NCBI GenBank assembly: GCA_003693705.1
Contig: RBZT01000667.1
Coordinates: forward strand, 1 to 64,000
DNA length: 64,000 bases
Reading direction: 5' to 3'
Source: Polymyxa betae A26-41
Taxonomy: Eukaryota; Protista; Endomyxa: Phytomyxea
Shown here: positions 11,910 to 25,400 of the stretch, piece by piece
Layout of the letters: each line of letters opens with the position of its first letter
How positions within the stretch are numbered: the first letter of the stretch is position 1
Program-made: the position numbers and the translations under genes
Notes under the pieces: model-generated
What the model was told of the DNA's origin: nothing
Database searches by the model: none
The model's input: the letters and a program-made list of their open reading frames with translations, nothing else

Positions 11910-13436
11910 ATGGCGATGATTGCAGCGGCGGCCGCACTGGGCGCCTGCGCCATGCTTAGTCGCCTACGGTATCGCCGCTCAATGACCTGTCATTTCTGTA
12001 ACCGATATGCCGGAGATCGTCTGCCTTCGGCACTGCCTGGATCGTGGTATTGCCCATTCGACGATTGTGGTCAGTACAACGGATTCACGGCCAATGGCGA
12101 TTATGATCGCCCTCTGCCTGAGTTGTCTGACCCCGCCTATAATTTCCAGTTTTCTCGCTGTCAACCGGGGTCGTTTCTGTCGAGCCCTCCAGTTCTGTGC
12201 TCGCAATGCCAATGTGAGCAGGGGCTGAAGATACGCGCCTTAGCCAGGTCTGAGACTTTGAGTGAGGCGACAGCTATCGAGAAGCGGTTCAAAATATGCT
12301 CGAACTGCAAGAGCGCCGTTAGCAACCGGCTGAAGACGGTCAATCAGCGGATCCGATGTTCGTATACGCCGCTTCAAATCAGCAACACAATGAAAGAACC
12401 GGTTAAATGGTTCGTCCCTCGAATTCTATATTTGGCCATCGACTTGATTTTGATCTGGCAAGCAATAGTGCCATTATGTGCAATGTTGGGACTGCCGATC
12501 GCGGTTCCCTTTAGCTCAGTACCACTGATGGCATCCGTTTCGAACCATGAATATTTCATTACAATCGTGAAGTTGCTGATGAGTGCGGTTGAATATCGCT
12601 ATCTCTTTCCGTATTTTATTGTGTCAGCATTTGACGTGCTGCTAACACTATCGCTTCACGGATTTCTAACGAATGTAATGTCTATCCAATTGCCAACTTT
12701 TGCCTGTCACCGATCCGATTTAATCTGTGTTTATCGCCTTTGGACGGTGGTCGCCAGATTCTCTGGAATCCTGATTATACTGGCAAATTCTATCCACAGC
12801 AGAAGGGTAGTACGCTCTGTCATCAGGAATCCTTCTCAGGCTTGTCCTTTCGACGCTCATCTTGGAGAGACAATTCTCAAGAACGAACCGGTTTCCGACT
12901 CTAAACCCAAACAGACGATGCTATCGGAATCTGGTTTTAATTTCTCACAAGACAAGTTGCAAAATGATCTTCTCGCATTCGAAGGTTCCAGATCGTGTGC
13001 TGTTGAGGATTTGTTTGCTGGAATTTCTATATCTCGTGCTAACGAGGTTTTGGGGTCTGGTCCGGAAAGGGTCAATCAGGACCGTCCAACAACAGTTTCA
13101 TATCTCAACGTTTCATTCGTGTTCGTTGCCGCCATCATCTGCTTCATTCTGAATGCGAAATGGTCGCATTGGTTAATTAGCTGGTTATATACAAGCTCAC
13201 TTCTATTGCTATTAGCGGTTGGTAGAAGAAGGCCTTTGACTCTTCCGTTTACCATGCTGCTTTTATTAAGACAATGCAGATCGCTTTCTGTTATCGGCTC
13301 AGTGATTTACGATTTCCTGGTGCAGTTCGGATTTGATATCGCTGGTTTGTGCCTTTTAGGCTTCATTTTCTTCTTGGACTGGACCTCCATAATTGAGAAG
13401 TTTACAAGAAGTCATGCCTCGACACAAGAGGCCTAG
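11910..13436 (+). CDS. TMEM201: Ima1/Samp1 inner nuclear membrane protein (Ima1_N domain), intronless
   Basis: CHFC...WYCPFDDCGQYNGFTANGDY...LCSQCQ..QGLKIRALA...ICSNC, followed by several TM helices. Confidence 0.85.
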   Translation: MAMIAAAAALGACAMLSRLRYRRSMTCHFCNRYAGDRLPSALPGSWYCPFDDCGQYNGFTANGDYDRPLPELSDPAYNFQFSRCQPGSFLSSPPVLCSQCQCEQGLKIRALARSETLSEATAIEKRFKICSNCKSAVSNRLKTVNQRIRCSYTPLQISNTMKEPVKWFVPRILYLAIDLILIWQAIVPLCAMLGLPIAVPFSSVPLMASVSNHEYFITIVKLLMSAVEYRYLFPYFIVSAFDVLLTLSLHGFLTNVMSIQLPTFACHRSDLICVYRLWTVVARFSGILIILANSIHSRRVVRSVIRNPSQACPFDAHLGETILKNEPVSDSKPKQTMLSESGFNFSQDKLQNDLLAFEGSRSCAVEDLFAGISISRANEVLGSGPERVNQDRPTTVSYLNVSFVFVAAIICFILNAKWSHWLISWLYTSSLLLLLAVGRRRPLTLPFTMLLLLRQCRSLSVIGSVIYDFLVQFGFDIAGLCLLGFIFFLDWTSIIEKFTRSHASTQEA

Positions 13437-13816
13437 TGTAAATATAGTATATTAATGTACTATATACATTTGCAGAATTCTGATTTCGTTATTTATCCGT
13501 GCATTCAGCAATTTTTTTTGTTGCATTTCAGCGCCTTGTTTTAAAAGTGACTTCGTCATGGAAAGGTTTGTTGTAGGATTGAGACCCGAGGACGACAGGA
13601 CAGGTTGCCCAATTGGTCGCTTTTGGAGCTCATACAGTACTGAACCGATGATATACTAACAGATACCATCTTGGTAGGTTATGACTGGTTTCCAAAATCA
13701 GTAATGAAGAACGTCCAGAGTTTTGCACCAAAGGCGAAATGGTTATGGTCAGGGGATTTTTCCGACAATACTAGCGAGAGATTGTTTCTGGGCTCAAAGA
13801 GAACGAAGTCGTCCGA

Positions 13817-15480
13817 TCATCGAGCAGAAGATCGGTTTTTAGGAATAATCGGTTGACGATTGAAATCCCATACGAATGGTATCTGATTTGCGATTGTATT
13901 ACAATTAGCTACGACATTCGAGTATCAGAAACCCCTGTGGGTCCTTCATCGTCATCGCTTTCGTCTTCCACAGCAGGAGGCGTTATCACGAGTTCTTCAT
14001 GGGCGATCGCTCGAATCAGAACGCCCGCATTACCAACCCGGCCTCTCTTATCTAATAATCGGACAACTTCTTCTTCAATAACCGCTAAAGACTCATTGAT
14101 GGTGAGATCAGTGACTTCTTCCATCCCCAATCTCGACGCCTTCACACCCAATTTCGGGAATAATTGCGCGACTCTTTGGCACATTGAGGTTAAGGTTGTC
14201 TGGGCATTACTTGCTATAACTTGATACTCATCGGCGTCTTGAGCACGAGCTCGTTCCTTTCTCGATAGATCACGAATCAATTTCTCAGTTCCAGTTTCTG
14301 GTTGATGCTCTTCCGCCGATCGTTCAGTGAACGCAGCGATCTCTCCCTCGATGTCGCAGATCTCATCTTCAGCCGACTCGATATTCTGCTGCAACGTCGA
14401 CATCCATTTATACAGATTGAAATTCTCCTCCTCGACTTTTAGAAAGCTTGCCACCAATGTATCAATGCTGTCCATATTGGTTGCTTGACAAACCTGTACT
14501 GCATGATTCTCGAACTGATGGATCTGATTTCTTGCATCACGAATAGCGTCCTTTAAGACCTGAATCTGATACTCGGCTTTCTCAGTTCGTTGTGATAGCT
14601 CGATCTCTTTATCTGCTTGATTCAACTGAAGTCGAGCTGTCACCTGCATATCCTTCGTATGTTTCGCCTCGATATCATCCAGATCTTCACTTTCATCCAT
14701 CATCTGAGAAGCGATCTCATGCCAGCCGCGCTCTAGCTGCTTGAACTCCTGATCTACACCATCCTTCATCTGTCGCATCTGGTTCTGATACTCATCGGTC
14801 TCACGTCCATACGCATCACCTTTCGCCAACATCGCTTTCGTAGCGCTGGATTTCTCCCGAATCTCTCTCAGCATCTTATCCTGAACGCTATCAAACACCT
14901 GACGTTCTCGTCGAAGAAAATCGATCGTCTCTTTGAGCTGTTTGGTGCTATTGGATGCCTCATTAAATTTAACTAATGCCTTATCTAATAGATTCTCATG
15001 ATTCCTCGTCCGTCTTTCTGCATCACGACTCTTCTTAAGTTCAGCATCCTTCCCACCACATTGACGACGACATTGTACTAATAGTTCTTCAGCATGTTTG
15101 ATACCTTTCTCTATATCATTCAATCGTGATGATTCTTGCTTCACAGCAACGCTGTATTTCTCAGCCTGTTCTCTTAAACGTTGAATCTGTTCAATACTCG
15201 TTGTTTGTGTCATTTTCTTCATTGTTTCCGTCTCCAGGAACAACTCCCAACGTTTACGTTCGGAGACCTTACTGAGCTTGGTGATCTGTTGATCGTGTAG
15301 ACGAGGGATCAGGCCTCTCATCTCACGACGTAAGCGACGTGTCATCTCAAATTGACGAAACTTTTTATAGAGTTCATATCGGCCAGTGAGTTCTTGCTCA
15401 ACGGTTGTAACAATGGTTTCGTTCTGATTAGAATTATTGCCAGCAATCGCTGCAGGCAGCGGGTCTGCAAGCTCTGCCAT
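13817..15480 (-). CDS. ODAD1: Outer dynein arm docking complex subunit (ODA-DC2/CCDC114/CCDC63 family)
   Basis: Coiled coil with ENLLDKALVKFNEA...LKETIDFLRRERQVFD and FLKVEEENFNLY. A short last exon probably follows a 50-nt intron. Confidence 0.8.
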
Positions 15481-15856
15481 TTTCCCCCTGATTTTGAAGA
15501 TTGCTGTGAAATTCAGGAGATACGTTGGTACGATCGGGGGGCAAACACCAGCGAAAAATCTTCATTTGCGGGGTCGTACGCTTTTGGCTCGTTTTGATAC
15601 GATTTGAGCAAATTTGAACATTCCAGATAACTATTTGTTCCTGCTTTTTGAAAGTGGTCTTGTCTCAAAACCTCTACGCACACTTTTCAAAGTACCGGTA
15701 AAGGTGCGCGACTGCAGTCGGTCATTTTGAAAAACAGCTTGCCGCAGAAACATTTGCGCGACTGGAGCGCGGGTTTAACCTTTCGCAATTTTCATTTTGC
15801 TGACTGTATGGTTTGAATACAGTATTGAGTGTTCTTTAGTTGGATCTTATTGTTGC

Positions 15857-16351
15857 ATGGAGAGTGACATCCAAGGCGACAACCATGCCGTTAAGATCGA
15901 GACATGGACCTGCCAATCTTGTGGCGTCGAACTGGATATCAGCCAACGCGTGGCTCACCTGACGTCGATTTCGCACCAGGTGCAGGCCGGCGTCGCCTTG
16001 GAACCTAATCATATCTTGATTCCACCGAATAATCTGGGTTATCAACTGCTAGTTGGACTTGGTTGGAATGAAGGTACCGGCCTGGGAAAGTTCGAGCAAG
16101 GACGTCGTGATCCGATTGCCACCTCGCTTTGTGACAGATCTGGTCTTGGTGCTAAACCTGTTTCTGTTCGTATTACACATTTCCCATCACATACAACATC
16201 AGGAGCTCTATCTCAAGCTGCTTTAGCCGCCATAGATCCGCGACAACGTGTTGGAAAAAGGCTGACCAAACCGCAGCGAAAACAAATGAAAAGGCGTCTG
16301 AGATCGCTGGAGCAACAACTGGACCAATGCATTCGGGAAGCTCTCAGATAG
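15857..16351 (+). CDS. Zinc-finger + G-patch protein (GPANK1-like, no ankyrins)
   Basis: CQSC...HLTSISH zinc finger, then G-patch NNLGYQLLVGLGWNEGTGLGKFEQGRRDPI. Confidence 0.85.
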   Translation: MESDIQGDNHAVKIETWTCQSCGVELDISQRVAHLTSISHQVQAGVALEPNHILIPPNNLGYQLLVGLGWNEGTGLGKFEQGRRDPIATSLCDRSGLGAKPVSVRITHFPSHTTSGALSQAALAAIDPRQRVGKRLTKPQRKQMKRRLRSLEQQLDQCIREALR

Positions 16352-16706
16352 CTTTTCTTACAAAGTTTTGTGGCAGATTGATCAAGCTGGGTTTTCGCTC
16401 GCCTGTCAGCACCTTTAAGCTGGCTATCTAAGGCATCTAGCTGTGATTGCTGGATATGCTGCACTATTGCTCGACCTTTCAGCGCTTTGATTTCGTGAAT
16501 TCATCGCAAATTGCCAATCAGGTTCCTAAGTAATAACAAAAAACTCATCCTTAGTAAACTCTTACATTTGCAAATTTGCATATAGCGTTCTCGTTTAGCA
16601 ATTGCTCTCGAATTTACATTGTTTGTAAATATGGAGTTGCAATCGTCTACTACTAAGTTAGTTATTGAATTTAATAAGCGATCATATTGCGATTAAGGTG
16701 GGCTGT

Positions 16707-18143
16707 ATGTCGTCATTATATTGGATTCTGCGTCATCAGATTATAGACAGCAGCAAGGCATCCTATCTTGATGGATATCATGATCGTCGTCGCCGAGTCT
16801 ATCGTATGCTTCGTACCTGGGCCTCGCTCGAACCTCTCATTGTTTTCGGGACGCTGATCTGCGCCGACCTGATCTTGACAGTTTTAGTTCAAATCCCAGC
16901 TCGATGTCTATTATGTATTGGTCGGTGTGTAAAGCGAAGGACGTGGCCAGATCCATTGGAATACAGAAATTTTGGTGAGTCGAAGCCGAATAATAGGTGA
17001 TATTTCTGATATGGAAGATTAGCTATGATATGGCTGATTTCTTTAGTTTTAATCTGTCTTCGGTTATCGAATTATATCTGTGATTTATCATACTCACAAT
17101 ATTATCATCTAATCAGAAGACAAAGCTATTTTACAGTTAGTTCAGCAACACAGGTTGGCAGAATTCGCTTCTCACGACATCTGCAGGTTTATTTTCTGTT
17201 TAACGTGATTATTGTTCTGGATCGACTCGGTTCGATGTTCGGTGCCGATCTCGTTGGGCGAGCTCTAAACCCGAGGAGAGATTTCGCTGCTTTTATTCTG
17301 GATACGATTGCATGTGTTGCCTATGCAATTGTTCACATCGCCATACTCTATCTGCAGATCATCACAATCAATGTCGCTGTTAATAGCAATCGAGGAGAGC
17401 TCATCATCGTCCTAACCAGCAACAATTTCTCGGAAATCAAAGGTGGTGTTCTGAAGAAGTTCTCAGTGATCAACCTGTTCCAGATTTCAATGGGTGATGT
17501 CGTGGAGCGTTTCCAGACGATGTTCACGATCATGGCGCTGGTTGTTCATCAGCTGATTGCCATGGATGGAAGCGATGTGTTGGAATTCGGTCAACGAATC
17601 ACGCTTGTAGCATTGTGGATGATGTGTACTGAATCGATGGTCGATTGGATTAAGCATGGATTCATCAATCGTTTCAATAATATATCTCCACGAGTCTATC
17701 ACGATTTCGCTGTCGTTCTGTCCTATGACTATATCAACAATCGCTCCAACATTGCAAGGCGTATCGGTCTGATTCCTCTACCGATCGTAACAATCGTAAC
17801 TTCTGACAATCCCCTCTGCGAAGTTGCTCTGAGATCTGCTCTCTAGATTTTGTCTGGATTGATCCAGGTTTGCCAACGTTCCTATCCGGCCATTATCGAG
17901 CACATCAGCGCTCTAAATATCATCGTATTAGTCGTATTGTTGATTTTAACCATCACAGCGATAAAGGTTGAGTTGGAGCTCTATTTATCTGGTCGAAGTT
18001 TGTATATGATTGAGAGACAACCTCCGACATTCGTTCCCGAGGTCGCCCTTATTCTCATGCGTTTTTTTTGCTGATTTTCATTTCAGATGTGGCGTGGCGT
18101 TGAACGATATAAACTTAGCAATAAATCCCTACCCGTTATTTAG
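16707..18143 (+). CDS. TAPT1: TAPT1/Emp65 (DUF747) membrane protein, multi-exon
   Basis: SNNFSEIKGGVLKKF...NLFQISMGDVVERFQ, ESMVDWIKHGFINRFN, ARRIGLIPLP and C-terminal VERY. Confidence 0.9.
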
Positions 18144-18246
18144 CCAACACTCATCTTCAATTGTGCATCTCCTTGTTATCAGAGGGTTTTAGGGTTTCAG
18201 TTTCCTTTCGCAATAAGTCCGACGGCTGTTTATCATTGCTATCGAC

Positions 18247-19363
18247 ATGACGTTTGAGGTCGGCAATCGTTTGCCATCGGCTCATAGCGACTCAATCTGG
18301 GCTGTTCGATGGTGTCACAATGCTATTATCACGGCCGGATTGGACGCTCAAGTTAAATGCTGGCTGCCTGCGAGTCTGTTAGATTCAGCGGCGGATGCAA
18401 CTCTGGCTCCTATATCAGTGTTCGAAGGCCATAGCCTGGCTGTCGTATCTATCGGTGTTAATCCTTCTGGAACAATGGCTGCATCCAGGTTAGCGTATCT
18501 GCATGATTGTTACCTACCGTTGTTTTATGAAGCTGTAGCGCAATGGATGGCTCCATTATAGTTTACGATATTAAAGAATCGAAACAAGTGAAAAAGATTG
18601 ATATTGGACCCACGAAGAACTGGTCGGTTTCGTTGGTAGACCAATTACTAGCTACCGGTGGTCATGAGGGCCTGGTACATTTGTATAATTACCATTCTGG
18701 AGACAATGTCTCCAGCGCTATCAAAGTCAGCAATCCTTTTGTCCTCTCAGTCCAGTTTAACGCTTCCGGTGACAGATTAGCTGTTGGAGGTAGTAAAGGC
18801 GAAGGCAAGTTATTTTGTAGGTTGTTGCTTGCTATTTACATTATCTTAGCTGGTCTATTTGATCCAGCTACAGGGCGGCTTGTTGAAAATCTCGAAAGCC
18901 ATTCGAAAGGCATTCGGTATGTTGGCATCCTTAGCAAGCAGGCAACAATTATATTTTGGCATTAGTTGCATCGAATTTGCAGCCAGTGATAATAATGTCC
19001 TCTTGACTGGCAGCGAGGATAATTCTATTGGAATCTTCGATGTTCGGACTGGTCATCACATCGCCTCAGTTTCCGACCATAATAATTGGGTCATGGGCTT
19101 AACGTCTCACAGGACGCCATCTGGTAACTTTCTCGTTGTTCTCGTATTGCTAGATGAACAAAAAATTAGGCGTTGAACGATTCGCATCTTGTTCCTCCGA
19201 TAAGACAGTGAAATTATGGGACTTAAGATCACACCATCCTCTTCACACATTCGATAAATGCCATGTCGATCAGATTACCAGTGTTGCCTTTAGTCCCAGC
19301 GGCGATGAACTCGTTTCAGTCTCTGACGATGCTTCCATACAACTCTATCATGTGCCACGTTAA
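18247..19363 (+). CDS. WDR61: WD40 protein Ski8/WDR61 (PAF1 and SKI complexes), multi-exon
   Basis: AHSDSIWAVRW, FEGHSLAVVSI...AASS, SCSSDKTVKLWD, VSVSDDASIQLY. Confidence 0.85.
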
Positions 19364-19402
19364 TAAATAATTACTCATTGTACAATATCGTTCGCAATTT
19401 CA

Positions 19403-22400
19403 TTAGACGTATGGTCTCCATCCCTCATAAGTTAATGCTAAGATAAGTTCATCGGAACTATGATCCAGCAAACATTGGACCTGGTCTTCAATGGAAAGGA
19501 CCAGATCGCCATATTTCGCTCTCCGATTGCCTTGCACGATCTCTGACAGTTTCTCTTTGTTGGGATTTGCTGTCAACAGAAGTTCTTCGGACATAATCCA
19601 AACTGATGAGAACCCTTGCAATTTCATGCCAGCAAACTCCATCTTTCTCTTCCCATCAAACATCATCATGGCATTTCGACCTGTCTCATCTGATGCCTTG
19701 GACTTTTTCTGCCAGTCCACATGAGGCTCGCGAATGAACACTTCCATCACAGTCAGCAAAGTCTGCCGATTGGAACGCAGAGCCCGCATTGTATGGACCA
19801 TAGTCTGGTATACAAGAGTAGATGGTGGTAGCGGGAACAGTGCATTCTGAAACATTGGAGTATATCGTATTGGCACCAATTCTGGAATTGGCAATTGCAG
19901 ACCTTGGTCAAACGCTACACCAAAATCGATCTGTAGCAGGTTTCCTGTAGCCTAAACTGCTATCAGAATTCAAACAAGAAGGGGAATGGTTGCCAGGACC
20001 TGATCAATGAGAAGGTTGTCAAGATGGCGATCACCAATGCCAAGAATGTATGCAGCAATTGCAGCAACAGCATACGATTGCGTCATTCTCGATCGAATAT
20101 CCATAAGGGACGCTTCACTATTGCAGAAACTACGTGCAATCAAAGCGAATAATCCAGCAGGCAATTGACTGCATGTGGATCGGTACGCCGATGTCAATGA
20201 CGAATGGGAATTCGAACGTGAAACCATGGTGTTATACGCTGCCAGAAGTGATGTCTGGGACCTAATGCGAACTGCCTTCATAAGCGATTCGCGAAAGGAG
20301 GCATGCAGGTCGGATAGAAACTGTTCGCCCACTTGAAGCTCGACGCACGATGTTAATCCCACCTCAAATATCATTCAGCAATGCAGAGCAAACATGGAAT
20401 AGATCGACTACCGTGTTCTGAACCCATTCAATGATACCCAGATTAGGTGTCATTGGTATGACAGCGTACGTCGCGATTGAGAGACGCCGTTGCGAACACG
20501 ATGCGTCTCCATTGAAGACGGCGTTCATAACAGTGAACATCGATTGAATTCGTTCATCGAGTCGCAGATCTAAATCGTCATTAACAGCTGTAGATTCAAT
20601 AAGCAAATCCCATCGACCTTCGCCGCCTTTCACAAGCCATGAGTACTCGCGCTCATCGCTACCATGTATGACCACCTTTTTCGGGCGACGGACCGATCTG
20701 ATTTCATCAGTAATGATTTCAGACCGATCCATTTAGCCTACCGAATGCAGTGCACGACTGGATCGAAACTGACGATTCTCGAGTGCGACGCCGGATTTGG
20801 ACGATTCCATCCTCCATATTGACCCGGTGCTTCAATATACCTATACGAGATCGTGATAAGATATGAGATATTTAACAAAAGGAAAACGCATACTCGGTCT
20901 CCGAATATTCGAATGCAGATAAGAAAGGGCTGAAATCTGAAAGCGACATAACTCCATGAGGTAGCTGAGATATTCTTTGACGAACGATTCGCGAGCATTC
21001 CTTCTCGATTGCATCTGGTTGCAATGATTCCAGTTTGCGACCATCCGGGCCGAATGTTGAATCGATTTCGTTTTGGAATTCGTTGCGGAACGCGGCCATG
21101 GTCTTGGTGGTGACATCCTGCGGTAGACAATCGCGGCGAAATTCCAGGTACGACTCTCGCGCTTCATCAACACGCCCCTGTGCTAACAAGGTCGAGCATA
21201 ACGCCGCCCAAGATCGGAACTGTACGACAGTCAGCAACTCAACGATCCCCGAGACGCAATTGATGGACCTGATGCTCAGGAAAAATGAGACGATTCAACT
21301 CCGAGATGAGACGACGGGTTTGTGGCAGATTACATTGATGTAGTAGTTGTTCGAGAGCCTGTACGGCCTGTTTGTTAGGCTGAGCGCGATCCTGCCAAAC
21401 GTGTTAGTGCCGTTCAACGACGGTAGCAGAATGATTAGAAAACGACTTTGAGCGAGACTACTAAAGGATAGATAAGAGCATGCGGATAGTCTTGAGCAAT
21501 TCGTTCCAAGATTGGTAAGATAATCTGCAAGGAACTTGACAGATAGGCGATAATCTGAGCTACCCATCGTAACAGCATCCACGATGGAACAGCCCGTGCC
21601 AGATCAGTAAACGTCGCCAGTAATCGCGCCTATGTATCCATCCCATTACCATTGCTGATAAAGTTAGACGAGGTTTTGTTACCGAATCACTGTTGATAAC
21701 ACGATCGAGTATATATGGAAACATCTCCGTGGATTCTGTGGAATGTGCCATTGCAATGAGCACGTTACTGACCAGATGATGGGTTAATGATACATCCGAC
21801 TCTGATGTGGTTAACTGCATCTGACAGTAACGTGCACAACGCATCAGACAACGCGCAATGTGTTCTGTTTGGTCAGACGTAGCAGAATCCGCCAGACGTC
21901 CCAGCAGCCGTTGTGCATCGGAGCTGCATTGTTCCACAAGAACGTCGGGTTGGCCTTTGACGAACAGCAGCAGATACGCATCGAGACGTTGCAGATCGGG
22001 AAGGGACTCGAGCGGGAAGCGGCTCAGAACCTGGTCCGGATCCTGATTCTGTTGCAGGGCAAGAGCGAATTCGTAGAAGCGAAGATCTGTGTGCCGTGGA
22101 TGTAACGAATTAGAAACGTTAAGGAACAGGGATGCCTGATAAGTGTTGCCCTGATCAAGATAGATCTGAGCTGTTTCTAAACCAACCCGGAATGCGATTG
22201 ATTGCAGCTGTGGTTTCCAATCCGGATGCAGTCGTTCGAGACGTGCTAGGCTCCTATATCAAACATCAGCAGACAAATCCCATCGTACTGGACGTCGGCA
22301 TACGATAATCTCGACCGAGTCAGATCGTCTACGAAAACGCTCTCCGATAGATGAAGAGATTCGGGACGTCGCCGGATCCAGATTCGGCATTGATCGGGCT

Positions 22401-25400
22401 CGGTAATATGGAACGATTCGTGAAATTCGGTGAGAATGTGCAGTTGCCGTACTAAACTGTGCGTCTTCTGAATGCCCGATACAGATACACGCTGGAGCTC
22501 GTGTAGGACCAGGTTCAGAGACCGATCAAGAAAGGTTCGAGCCCTCAGATCGTCGCCCAGCTATCCGCTATTCATTCAAATGGATGAAAGACCAAGGGCA
22601 GTATTACCTCAGCTATGTTCATGCACAGGTCGAATGCGATCCCCGGATGACGATCCAGATGGGACTCGGCAACAGTGGCAAACTCAGCAATCCGATCGCG
22701 TTGACCATCCAATTTACGAATTGATTTTTGATAGTAATTGATATATTTCAGACGCAGATGTGGATGTCCAGTGAATAGATCTACATCATCCGACCAGAGA
22801 CGGCGCCACGACTCGTCCCTAAATCAACGTCAGCCACCAGCCGTCGCGTTTCAGTGAACAAAACCAGGATCGTTCACGTTCTATACGTACGAGACGGGAT
22901 CGTCGATAGAGCTCAAAACGCTATCTAGTACAGGTTGCCATTGTCCAAGATAGGCCAAGGCCTGAATTCGCCCTTCCTCCCAGAGCTCTATCTCAAAATC
23001 ATCGACATCGGCGGTGTCGTCCTTGGTCAGCAGCGATTCGAACTGGCGAAATGCATCATGGAATGTGCCGGCGAACATGTTGGCTACAGCCTGGGATGTT
23101 TCCGGTTCATGAGCAAGTCGAAGTGACAAGGCAGCAATCATATCCGCATCATATAATGATTCATAGAGCTCATACAAACTACAGAGAGACTCTCGGTCCC
23201 AATGCTGCTTCTCAACATCGCTATCGGCACCTCGTTTTTTCGACGTCCGAACCGTCCCGTCCCGTTCTCTACAAAATGGAATGTCAGCCTGCGAAATTTC
23301 GGAACGAGTAGACATTGAACCGAGATAATGGCGCAATCTGGTGTTCCAGGAGCAGTACGCCAGATTCCAGACAGGAATTGAGCTGGGCCATGCGAATAAT
23401 GGACGCGGCCGGGATGTCGATGCGCTGGCATTGGCGGCACGCGAGAAGTACGACCGAGGCCAGAGCAGGGGACGCGACCGGCCCCGGATTCGAAACAATC
23501 TGGGCCAGGTGCAGACGGATCAGTTCGCCGTCTCGGTCCGAAACCTTGTCCATGAGCGCCGCGAACACGGTCAGAAACACAAGATCAGTTACGGATCTGT
23601 CCCGATACAGCATTCGTAATGGAGCGATAAGATCACGTTGTGGTCTATAGATCGGTTCAGCCGAACTCAGCAAAACGAACAAGCTTGAAGCAAAATGTAA
23701 AAACAGCAACGAGTCAAAAGAACGATAGAAAACGATTCCGTGCAGACATCTGAACATCGGGCAGTTCTCCGTCGCGATAGGTTCGATACAGCTGGACCGA
23801 GCGCTCACGACGTTCGCGTTGCTCACCCAGGTTGCGGGCGGCGTCGCGCTTGTCGCGATCCATGCGGCGAATAGCGGCGGCGCGGGCCTGTATGATGGGG
23901 CGCGCCCCGAACCTTTTGGGCAACCGACCCGGCAATGTCGTTGCAGCTGTTGGTCTGGCCTCCGGCTCATACGATGGCATCAGAGCATCGATGGCCGGAT
24001 TCGATGGGTCCAGCGACGAGATTGTCTACGAAATTTGATCGTGGCAGCTGTGTAGCAATCGTTATCAAACCTGACTGAGGGAAAATTCGGGATCGGGTGT
24101 GGCCGGGATGAAAGCGGGCTCCGGGGTCGACGCCACCGATGAATAGAGCGGCGTTTGGGTCGGATCGGAATACGGTCGCCACGTTCCATCGACGTTGAGT
24201 GGAACGAAATTCACCGAATCGCTGAGCGGGAACGGTGATAGCGGTTCGGACATAGCGGCGTGCTGTTCAGAGACGGACAGCCAGAGGAATGTGGCCAAAC
24301 CGATGAAATCGCATCCGATCGGCAACGCATTGAGTAACCAGATCAGTAAAGAGGACGGCGAGGTGCTGTGGGCGGCGGCGGACGATGACCAGAAATCGCC
24401 GGACAACGAACGGATATCGCGATGTTCGTCGTGGAATGCTGCCAGGAGCTGAGCGCGAACACTTCGAATGAGATCGTCGGTGAGGTCGGCGAACTTGGTG
24501 GCAATGGCGATCATAATTTTGCAGAGTGTTAGTCGAACCAGGAGGTCCGAATCGGTAGCATGTCTAAAACTGGAAATTAGCGTGATAACAATTAGTTAAG
24601 AGAGGTAAACCGAGTGAGAGCGGGCCAGATTACGTCTTTAATCTGGACTAGAGACAAGCGCGGCACAACGAGTAGCACCAAAAGCAGGATCGCCCGATCG
24701 ATCTCGGGCAGCTTCTGACCCATTGCTTGGTTTAGGACCGGAACCACGACGTTCAGAGGATTCTGTCAGCTTCGTTCACGTTCCATAGTAACATTCAACT
24801 CGCATAAAAACGAAATCGCCATGAAATTTCGAACTTCAGGCAAAAGCGGAGAAATGGCAGTTGAAATAGAATGAAAGCAAACCTGAGCAGTTGTGGCAGT
24901 TGGCATCAAGGCCTGAATAGCATTAAGCTGGAGGTCGCCCCGTCCCCGGACCGCCAGCGGCACGACCTGGCCGGCGATGCCCTCATCGACAAAAGCTGGG
25001 CAATGACGTCCGATTCGCATGACGATTGTGACAAATCGGCCACTCTGTCCCTGGTTCGCTAACGCAATGACGATGGAACGGACGCGCAAACGCCGCTGTT
25101 CGCGCTCCGAATCAGATCGGCTGCTGACACGTTCATATTCGAACAGACGCCCGAACAGCGACGCTGCACGGTTCGACACGATACGAGATTCATGCGAAAG
25201 ACAGCGCAATAGCGCGATACTGAGTTGATCGAATCCGATTTCCGACGACGGTTCGTGCTCGGGGCGCCCAATCAGGAGAGGCACCTCGATCAATGAAAGA
25301 CCAACATAGATCGATCGATTCGAAGTCGTATTACTGCAGAGACGTGGTTAGTTTCAGATCTGTGTTACATGCCCAACAGACTAACAGAATTTGGAGCCCG

